A stretch of 64,000 bases of DNA from a virus, in IMG/VR virus record IMGVR_UViG_3300000318_000002, positions 20,814 to 84,813 of that record. One strand, written 5' to 3'. Position numbers and translations under genes: made by a program. Below, in pieces: positions 36,033 to 44,154 of the stretch. The notes under the pieces are model-generated. The model saw only the letters and a list, made by a program, of their open reading frames with translations, was not told the DNA's origin and did no database searches. The stretch's first letter is position 1, and the number at the start of each line of letters is the position of its first letter.

Positions 36033-39000
36033 ATGAAAAACCCTCTCTTTTCCTCTTTCTCTCCTCAACAATTAAGATTTGCTATAGAGTATGAAATGCG
36101 ATTCCGAGATGATCCTAAAATCGCGTCAGATATCGCAATCGGGCGTTTAACGGAAAACCCAAAATATTATGATCAGTTTGCAAAGATGGAGAAAGCTCGT
36201 ATTACAAAATATGTAAGACGTGAACCCGACGGTAAAGGCGGGTGGAAATATTTTTATAAAAATAATGTAAAAAAAGAATCAAAGGAAATAGTTGAAGGTA
36301 CTTCTGAATGGGCGGAAAGAATGTTTATTAATAAAGAAATACCAGAGGGATGGTACGTTCATGGAAGAAGTAGAGGACATAATGAGGATTTGACTACAGG
36401 AGCAGTGACCCAATGTACTAAAAGATGGGATGTTGCAGAACATTATGGTCGGTCAGGTTCGATGTTCCTTATTCATCCAGATAAAAATGCAAAAGTATTA
36501 GATCTTTCATCATCAAATACTAAAGATATGGATATGGTTGTAAATCTTTTTACTAATCAATATGTAAAAGATATAATGCCAGATGAAATACAGGAATTAT
36601 TTATTCCTTTAGATATGAAAAATGAATTAACTATAGAAGAAAAAAAAGAACATATTGAAAAAGTAGTAAGAAAAGAATTTTCTCCTAAAGATATCGTGAA
36701 TTCGGCTGAAGCTTATGACAGTTTAGAGTTAATGGATTATTTTGATAGATTAAATATAGCAGATTTTGTAATAACTCCTGATGGTGCGGTGATAACTGGA
36801 GATTTGGATAAAATAAAAAAAGTAAAAATCCCGAATCATCAGCTGTTAGAGAAAGCCAATCAATTATCTATCGGAACGAAAATAGAATCAGAACATAAAG
36901 AGACAGTTGATTTTATCCGTTCTTATGTTAAAAAAAATGGGAAGATGCCTCTTGATAAGGAAATATATAAACATATTTCGATGAATCATACTGAAAAAGA
37001 AATGAAAGATTATTATACTCGATTGATTCAAATGGAGAAACAAGCCAAAAAAGATAAAAAGCGTCCTCAGATTGAAATAGATGTTATAAAATTTCTTATA
37101 GATAATCCAAACCCTCCTGATTCAAAAATACATGCTTTTGCAGAGAGCAAAAGTCTTGATCCTTCAAAACTTGAAACAGTAGTCTATCGGATAGCAACCG
37201 AAAGAGCAAAGATGAGTACAGATATGTTTAAAGCCCGTATCGTCAAATATATCCGAAAAGAACGAATGAAAGACGGTAAGTTCAAATATTATTACGCAGA
37301 CGGTACGCACTCGACAACCGAAAAAGAAAAACCCTTTAATGTCGTAGAAGCTTTTAAAAATTTCTTTGGTCTATCTGATGAGAAGATTGCAAAAGAAAAG
37401 ATTAAAAAAGACTATTACGAACATAAAATTTCAGCAAAATATAATTTATCTTTACTCGGTTGGGCAGATCATCTTTCAGAATATTTTATTCATAAAGATA
37501 AATGGGACAGTAAGTTTTCAAATAAAACTCCCGAAACAAAAGCGGATGATGCCAAAAAGGATACAAATGCCGAAAAGAAGGCTTCTACACCTTCTGAAAA
37601 GCCTAAGTTTAATACCAACGCAATGAAAGAAATTTATGATCTTTATAATAAAAAGGCTGAAGAACCTATAAAAGAAACCGCCAAAGAGTCAGAGGCTATT
37701 GTCGAGCCTGTTAAAGAAACATCGGAACAAAAAGCAAAAGATATTCAAATATCAACTGCGATAAATACTGTAACTCCTGAAAACAGAAATGAAAAAGAAA
37801 ATGAAATCCTTAATATCCCTGAACTAACAGAACCAGAAAAAGAAAATATAATAGAGCCAACGGTTGAATTTGTTCCTGATTATGAAGTAGTCTCTATCCC
37901 TGGATTAATAGTTGAAGGTAAAAATAACAGTCAACATTTATTAAAAAGTTATTTAAAAGTAAAGCCGAAAGATATTTTACTACAAAATGAAAAAACTATT
38001 CTTACCAAAGAAAAACCATCATATATTCCTGAAGTTGATGAAAAATTTCTTAAAGGAGCAGGATTTGTTATTCCAACATACAAACTTGAAACTGACAAAT
38101 ATTTAATTCAGACTAATGCAAAACGGAAAGTATGGACAGAAGATAAAAAATGGCATATCGCAGGTGAAGATACTTATATTATAGTGAATAGAGATGTTCT
38201 TGCAGCAACTTATGATTATTTTATCAAGAAAGCCAAGATGTTAAAGAAAGAAGAAACAAAAAAAAGACAAGAAAAATATCCTGATTATAAAGTTACAGCA
38301 GAAAGAATTACAGTTTTAACCGATAAGAAAATGTCGTATGATCAACAACGAGTATTTTCTTATTTCATTCGGAATGTAACGGGTTTTTCTGGCGGTGGTT
38401 CAAAGTTCATGTGGGAAAAATATAAAGAAATAAGAGAAGATATTGCTCAAAAAACATCGGATATGGAAATACAGCTTGAAGATTATTATAATGCTCATGC
38501 GAAAGGAAGAGAAACTTCATATGGAGATAAAGGAACAAATGATTCTCTTCTAAGCACTTTGGGAGTAAAAGTAAAAAGACAAAATGGCGCGGAGATTACA
38601 TCAAAAGAAATAACCGAAATAAAAGATGCTGTTGATGACGTATTCTCTGTTTTTGGGAATAGATCTTCTATGGCTAAAAATTTTGGGTTGAAAATATCTC
38701 ATGCTGGGGATAAGAATATGCACGCTCGGAACGCAGCAGGGATATTTATACCCTCTCTTAAGGTAATCGGCGTAACAACTCAATATGGAAATGGAACGAC
38801 TGGATTTGTTCTTGCTCATGAATGGTCTCATTTTATGGATTTTTATGTTGGTGAAAAAAATGACAGACATTATATTTCCGATAATCCGAACCATGTTGCA
38901 GGCGAAATAGCAGATACGTTTAGAAAAAACATGAAAAAACAACAAAAATCTGCATACTATAATCGTACTTGTGAATGTTTCGCAAGAGCATTGGAGCAAT

Positions 39001-39236
39001 ATTGGGCTATTAAAACAAACAGTACAGATATACTTCAAAGATGGGATAGTTTAGGGACACATCCCGAAGAAAATATTTTTAAAGAAAAGGTAATGCCACT
39101 CATTGATAGATTTTTATCTGAAAATGACCAATTACTCAAAGCTTTTTTCAACGATAATTTCAATAAAAATAAAAATATCTTGATTAAATCTTTTGATCGT
39201 GTAAAAGGTGTATTTGTTTACAGGAGAATGAAATAA
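36033..39236 (+). CDS. polyvalent multidomain protein 2: DUF5661-like x2, possible ART-like domain, C-terminal LPD1-like zincin peptidase
   Basis: L.ENPKYY and DYYTRL motifs; WYVHG..AEHYG; LAHEWSHFMD...ECFARALEQY. Confidence 0.7.
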   Translation: MKNPLFSSFSPQQLRFAIEYEMRFRDDPKIASDIAIGRLTENPKYYDQFAKMEKARITKYVRREPDGKGGWKYFYKNNVKKESKEIVEGTSEWAERMFINKEIPEGWYVHGRSRGHNEDLTTGAVTQCTKRWDVAEHYGRSGSMFLIHPDKNAKVLDLSSSNTKDMDMVVNLFTNQYVKDIMPDEIQELFIPLDMKNELTIEEKKEHIEKVVRKEFSPKDIVNSAEAYDSLELMDYFDRLNIADFVITPDGAVITGDLDKIKKVKIPNHQLLEKANQLSIGTKIESEHKETVDFIRSYVKKNGKMPLDKEIYKHISMNHTEKEMKDYYTRLIQMEKQAKKDKKRPQIEIDVIKFLIDNPNPPDSKIHAFAESKSLDPSKLETVVYRIATERAKMSTDMFKARIVKYIRKERMKDGKFKYYYADGTHSTTEKEKPFNVVEAFKNFFGLSDEKIAKEKIKKDYYEHKISAKYNLSLLGWADHLSEYFIHKDKWDSKFSNKTPETKADDAKKDTNAEKKASTPSEKPKFNTNAMKEIYDLYNKKAEEPIKETAKESEAIVEPVKETSEQKAKDIQISTAINTVTPENRNEKENEILNIPELTEPEKENIIEPTVEFVPDYEVVSIPGLIVEGKNNSQHLLKSYLKVKPKDILLQNEKTILTKEKPSYIPEVDEKFLKGAGFVIPTYKLETDKYLIQTNAKRKVWTEDKKWHIAGEDTYIIVNRDVLAATYDYFIKKAKMLKKEETKKRQEKYPDYKVTAERITVLTDKKMSYDQQRVFSYFIRNVTGFSGGGSKFMWEKYKEIREDIAQKTSDMEIQLEDYYNAHAKGRETSYGDKGTNDSLLSTLGVKVKRQNGAEITSKEITEIKDAVDDVFSVFGNRSSMAKNFGLKISHAGDKNMHARNAAGIFIPSLKVIGVTTQYGNGTTGFVLAHEWSHFMDFYVGEKNDRHYISDNPNHVAGEIADTFRKNMKKQQKSAYYNRTCECFARALEQYWAIKTNSTDILQRWDSLGTHPEENIFKEKVMPLIDRFLSENDQLLKAFFNDNFNKNKNILIKSFDRVKGVFVYRRMK

Positions 39237-42200
39237 ATGAAAAAATCCCTACTGAAAATTAAAGATAAATTTTTCATTAATATGGAAAAAGCTATTCCCG
39301 AATCAACATATGAACATTCTGATAAACTTGGAGAAGGGGCTAAAAAAAGAAAAAAACTACATTTAAATAAAGATAAATTTGACGCAGTTATGCATGAATT
39401 TAAACGTGGGACATTACGTTCTGGGTCAGGTGAACATGTAAAAGATCATAATCAAGCGGTTGCGATAGCAATGCATGAAAGTGGAATGGCGAAAGCAGAA
39501 TCTCCCGAAGTCCAGGCGAAGATTAAGAAAGTTATGGACGAATTTAAAGCTGGAAAACTAAAATCAAGTAGCGGACAAATAGTAACTGATCGGAATCAGG
39601 CTTTGGCTATCGCATATTCATATTTTAAGAAGGCAGATAACTCGATGACAAAAGCAAATGAATGTTCTTTTCTTGATGATGTCTATGCGGCAAAAGAAAA
39701 TACCCTTATACCTTCAGATATAGATGTTTATCAACTCGCTATGGGAATACAAGTAGAGTTCGGGGAACATACAAATGATATCCAGATTGCAATGCAAATA
39801 GCAATGGATCATCTTGAGGAAAATCCGGTATATTATACTAAATTGCAAGAATCAGGGCTTGTAGATGAAGTGTTGTTACATACCTATGAAATATCAAATA
39901 TTCTCCGTGGAGCATTACCATTTAATGCAGGGTTAGAGCCTATGGAGAAGGCAAGGATTACGAAATATGTAAGACGAGTTCCGAAGCCATCGGGAAAAGG
40001 TTATATTTATTTCTATAATAAAGCCGAATACGAACATTATAAAAAAACAGGAGAACTTCCAACAAAGCAAAAGTCTATTTTCTCTAAAATTATATCATTC
40101 TTTGGTCTTGGATCTGATAAAGAAGCCAAAGAAAAAATTGATAAAATGTATGAAAGCCATAAGACAGTTTTGACAGGTGTTGGGAAAGATGCTTTCACCG
40201 ATCATGTCATAGAATATATAACAAACAAAGAAAAATGGGACAAAAAACTTTCAGCACCAAAAGCAGAGCGCAAAGAGTCAAAAGAAGGTGCTAAAAAAGA
40301 ACCTACAGAAAAGAAAAAAGTAGTTAAGAAAGAAGGAAAGAAATTTAATATTTCTGTAATGCGTGTTGTTGCGGGGATAGTTAATGAGAAGGAAAATAAA
40401 AAACAAAATGCAGGATCAAAAGATAAAGACAACTTTGAGACTATGCCGAAAGATGAAAAGAAATGGTATGAAAATATATTAGAAAAAATAGAAAATATTA
40501 CCAATGAAGATGATAAAAGTGGATTAAAGGAATGGATATCTGATTGGACTAATACTAAAGGATCTGTTCGTAAATCGTTGGCAAAAGATATTGAAGATAA
40601 ATTGTCTAATATTCAAGGCAAAGAAGAAAAAAATAAATTAAAAGAAAATTTGTCTAACTCACGATTGAAAAAATTTGAAGATTCAGGGAAAGAAGCTTTT
40701 GAAACCACCAAGAAAGATTGGGTAGAGATGCAACGAGAAGAGCGGCGAATTATGGGGCAAAATGAAGGTAATGGGAATCCGAATGCTCCTTATTCTGATT
40801 ACGAAAACTATCATAATGATTCTGTAAGACGTGCTATTGAAGAAGGTAAAACGGTTTCTCCTGAAGTGTTGAAGGATTATCCTGAATTAAAAAAAGACAA
40901 TAGCATAATCAAAGAAATTGATAAAGTCAAAGATGAGATAAAAAAACAAATAAATACAGAAGAAGATATCGAAGATGAAGAAACTAAACTTCAAAAAGAA
41001 TCAGATGAACATTTGAAACAAAAACCCGAAAAGGTAGAAAGACCTTCCGTTCTTGATAAGGGCGGAGATAATTTCTGGAATGGAAAAATTTATGGTAATG
41101 AAAAATATGGTTTCAATATATATTTAAACAATGAAAAGGAAGTTATTCCTAAAAGTGTAGCCCAAAAATTAGAGCAATATGTTGAATATCGTCAAAAATT
41201 AAAGTCATGGAAAGAAAAACAAGAAACTATTGATAATAAACAACTTAAATTTAAAAATAAAAATGAACAACTACAACAAATAATTGATAAGCCGATAGAA
41301 CATATTAAGAAAATAGCTGAAGATAACTTTTTAACACAAGTTGATGGGATGTTTGTTAGTACTGATTATACGGGTGCAAAAACAATTATTGTTGATGATG
41401 TAAAAGAACAAAAACTTATAGATCGTATGAAAGAATGGACTCCTAAAGATTTTAAAGAAATGTTAAAGGAGAGAATAGGAACAATTACAAAAGAAAGCAG
41501 TAAAAAAGAAAATGAAGTTAATACTGTATTAAATAAAACTATAAATGATAGTATTGATAACGAGTTTGTAGAACATCTTAAAAATATTGTTAAAAATCGT
41601 TTAATCGAATTGAAAGCAGAATCGCTCAAACAAAATAAAGATAAAGAGGAACAAGATAAAAAGAATAAACTTATACAAGAAAAAATTAATGAAGCTGAAA
41701 AGAAATATATCCCAGAAGGCTATTGGAATGGTAAAGTTTATGGACGTCATGGTAACTACAATATTTATGTAGATAATAAAAAAAGAGCTATAAACGATAA
41801 TGTTGCTTTGGAGCTTATGGGGGGCGAAAAAAAATCAATGTCAAAAGCCGAAGAACTTGAAGATATGTTAAAAGCCAAAAAAGCAATCACCGGGGAAGTA
41901 CATACCTATAAAAACGGCAAGAAATATCGTAAAGAAGGCGATAAATGGGTACTCGTAACAAGTGGTAAGAACAAAGTCAAAGGGAAACCGGAAGAGAAAA
42001 ATAAAAAGAAAAAATCTAAAACTGGAGGAAAAAATAAAATATCTAAAGAAGATCGGAGTTTAATAAAAAATACTCTGAAACGAGTAGCTTCGGTAATTGC
42101 AGAAGCTCTTGCTGGTAAAAATCCCAATGCTCAAGCCGCACAGGGGATCGAACATACAGGAGAAGATTTAAAATCAAGTAGTCATAAAGGCTTAACAGAA

Positions 42201-42242
42201 AAACAAGTTGACAAAAATAATAATAATAACAATAAAAAATAG
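39237..42242 (+). CDS. polyvalent multidomain protein 3: DUF6496-like x2, DUF5661-like, repeated WNGK.YG domain
   Basis: VMHEFKRGTLRSGSG..QAVAIA and VMDEFKAGKLKSSSG..QALAIA; GIQVE..EHTND..IAMDHLEENPVYYTKL; two WNGK[IV]YG units. Confidence 0.7.
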   Translation: MKKSLLKIKDKFFINMEKAIPESTYEHSDKLGEGAKKRKKLHLNKDKFDAVMHEFKRGTLRSGSGEHVKDHNQAVAIAMHESGMAKAESPEVQAKIKKVMDEFKAGKLKSSSGQIVTDRNQALAIAYSYFKKADNSMTKANECSFLDDVYAAKENTLIPSDIDVYQLAMGIQVEFGEHTNDIQIAMQIAMDHLEENPVYYTKLQESGLVDEVLLHTYEISNILRGALPFNAGLEPMEKARITKYVRRVPKPSGKGYIYFYNKAEYEHYKKTGELPTKQKSIFSKIISFFGLGSDKEAKEKIDKMYESHKTVLTGVGKDAFTDHVIEYITNKEKWDKKLSAPKAERKESKEGAKKEPTEKKKVVKKEGKKFNISVMRVVAGIVNEKENKKQNAGSKDKDNFETMPKDEKKWYENILEKIENITNEDDKSGLKEWISDWTNTKGSVRKSLAKDIEDKLSNIQGKEEKNKLKENLSNSRLKKFEDSGKEAFETTKKDWVEMQREERRIMGQNEGNGNPNAPYSDYENYHNDSVRRAIEEGKTVSPEVLKDYPELKKDNSIIKEIDKVKDEIKKQINTEEDIEDEETKLQKESDEHLKQKPEKVERPSVLDKGGDNFWNGKIYGNEKYGFNIYLNNEKEVIPKSVAQKLEQYVEYRQKLKSWKEKQETIDNKQLKFKNKNEQLQQIIDKPIEHIKKIAEDNFLTQVDGMFVSTDYTGAKTIIVDDVKEQKLIDRMKEWTPKDFKEMLKERIGTITKESSKKENEVNTVLNKTINDSIDNEFVEHLKNIVKNRLIELKAESLKQNKDKEEQDKKNKLIQEKINEAEKKYIPEGYWNGKVYGRHGNYNIYVDNKKRAINDNVALELMGGEKKSMSKAEELEDMLKAKKAITGEVHTYKNGKKYRKEGDKWVLVTSGKNKVKGKPEEKNKKKKSKTGGKNKISKEDRSLIKNTLKRVASVIAEALAGKNPNAQAAQGIEHTGEDLKSSSHKGLTEKQVDKNNNNNNKK

Positions 42243-42269
42243 GACAAGGATAAAAAGGAATAATCCAAA

Positions 42270-42452
42270 ATGCACATTGTAATTGATAATCCGGTAATGT
42301 CAAAGTGTTCTTGTGGAAGCGTATATAAGGTTTCCAACCCTGATGAAGAAGTTATAAAAAATGTCAGGGCGGTATACGTTGATAAAAAGGCAAATTTGAG
42401 AAAAATACTTTGCCGTAAGTGTAAAACTTGGATAGAAGAAAAAATTTCTTGA
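42270..42452 (+). CDS. small zinc-finger protein
   Basis: KCSCG...LCRKCK. Confidence 0.65.
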   Translation: MHIVIDNPVMSKCSCGSVYKVSNPDEEVIKNVRAVYVDKKANLRKILCRKCKTWIEEKIS

Positions 42453-42533
42453 CATTCTTCTAAATGAGTTTTTATTGAAACTGCTATTGAAAGTCCGTTA
42501 AAGGAATAAGCATGAATACTAACGAAGGTATAA

Positions 42534-43406
42534 ATGTTATTCCGCGTAAACGGGTTTTACATCTCGAATCTACAGAAAGCAAAAGACGATAAACTCGTTA
42601 CTGTTGATATAATCGCAAATCATCTTACCGAAGACCAAGATAATGAAGTCGTTCTCAAAGAAGCCTTTGACGATGATACGGTCAAAGAATTTCTCGATAT
42701 CGGCGTTATCGAATTTTGGCATGAATCAAAAAACGAACTTCTTACCAAAAAAGAAAAAAATGATAATCTTATAGGTCGCCCCGTAGCTTTTCGTTGGGAA
42801 AATGGGCTTCCGGTTGTTACTGCGACACTTTCAAAAACTCATCCTATCGTACAGTCAATGATGCCTCATCTTGAATCGCAAAATCCTGTATACGCCGCTT
42901 CAATAGGCGGTTCTAAAGTCGTACTCGAAGCAAAAGATAATTCGGGTGAAATACATAAAATAATCCCCAAAATACGTTGGGATCATCTTGCTATAGCTCC
43001 TCAAAATATGGTCGTGAACCGTGAACCTGGAATAAATGTCAAGATGCTTGAAAAAGCAAAATCTATATATAATTTTAGCAATTTTACTACTCTTGCAAAA
43101 GCTCTTGAAGCCCCCGGTTCGGTAGACGCTCTTTATTCAACTCCCGGCGGTGCTATTACCAAACAATCTCTTGAAAAAAGTATTTCCGTTCAAGGTTTTT
43201 CGGAATCCGAAGCGGATCTTTTACTTGATACTATACTTAAATATGCAAACGGAGAAATGCCGACAGATAAAGTTGGTTATTTTGCTCTGTTTCCAAACAA
43301 TGAAGAATTTGCCGATAAGTCGTATCGGCTGTTCGATAACCATTTTAAAAAAGGAGAATTCGTAAATGAAGTTTTCAAAAGAAGAACTTCTTGCCAAAGG
43401 TATTGA
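42534..43406 (+). CDS. prohead protease
   Basis: A.....DQDNEVV, G.I.F.H, IGRP, ASIGG (catalytic Ser context), HLAIAP..VN; upstream of scaffold and capsid. Confidence 0.8.
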   Translation: MLFRVNGFYISNLQKAKDDKLVTVDIIANHLTEDQDNEVVLKEAFDDDTVKEFLDIGVIEFWHESKNELLTKKEKNDNLIGRPVAFRWENGLPVVTATLSKTHPIVQSMMPHLESQNPVYAASIGGSKVVLEAKDNSGEIHKIIPKIRWDHLAIAPQNMVVNREPGINVKMLEKAKSIYNFSNFTTLAKALEAPGSVDALYSTPGGAITKQSLEKSISVQGFSESEADLLLDTILKYANGEMPTDKVGYFALFPNNEEFADKSYRLFDNHFKKGEFVNEVFKRRTSCQRY

Positions 43407-44154
43407 TCCGATTGTCGCTGATGAAATAATCGCGTCATATGACCGTACCGATGACGGAACTCCCCTGTCTAAGCTTGAAAAAGCTTTGAAGCCGAAAAAG
43501 AAAAATGACGAACAGTCGCTTTTTAAGGCTGAAAAAGGGGAAAAAGAAGGGGACGCAGAAGATGATGCAGAACCAGATGATGATGAAGATGACAAAGAAA
43601 AGTTTATGAAAAAGAACAAAAAGGCAATGAAAAAAGCCGAAGAAGAAGACGAAGATGAGGAAGACGAAAAAGAAATGAAAAAAGCATTTGATTCGATTGA
43701 TAGAACTGCTCCTGGTGCTGTTGTAGAAATGGAAGATCTTGCTCCGTCTCTTTCTGCTATCCATAAAAGCTTTTCTTCACTACTTAAAGCGGTAAATGAC
43801 CTTTCAAATCGTGTTGATACTATTGTTTCTCAAAATGAAGAATCTTATAGTCTCATGCACAAAGCCGCAGAACTTCAGGTCGAAACTTCAAAAGGTCTTT
43901 CAAGTGTTCTGTCTATTCCGGCTGGACGTAAAGGCGTAACTGCTTCCGTCAATATGGAAAAAGCTCAGGGCATAAATACTGATCTTGCTAACCGCGCACT
44001 TGTTTATCAGGTACTCGCTAAAGCAGTTAAGCTCAAAGATCCTATCGGCGGTGCTATTGCAGAGCGTTATGAAAGTGCTGGTCACGATATTCGCGCTCTC
44101 AGTAAAGATGACCGCGCAGGGATCGCAAAACTTATTCAGGAGAATAATAAATAA
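43366..44154 (+). CDS. capsid scaffold protein
   Basis: Acidic coiled-coil protein between protease and capsid, with eight [LM]xKA sites. Confidence 0.75.
   Translation: MKFSKEELLAKGIDPIVADEIIASYDRTDDGTPLSKLEKALKPKKKNDEQSLFKAEKGEKEGDAEDDAEPDDDEDDKEKFMKKNKKAMKKAEEEDEDEEDEKEMKKAFDSIDRTAPGAVVEMEDLAPSLSAIHKSFSSLLKAVNDLSNRVDTIVSQNEESYSLMHKAAELQVETSKGLSSVLSIPAGRKGVTASVNMEKAQGINTDLANRALVYQVLAKAVKLKDPIGGAIAERYESAGHDIRALSKDDRAGIAKLIQENNK

Noticed and set aside
34953-36266. 75-bp near-duplicate as a DGR template/variable repeat pair
   Set aside because: Both copies are coding, differences are synonymous and not confined to adenines of one copy, and no reverse transcriptase is seen.
42215-42236. (AAT)n microsatellite
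   Set aside because: Short poly-Asn tail at a protein C-terminus; unremarkable in AT-rich DNA.
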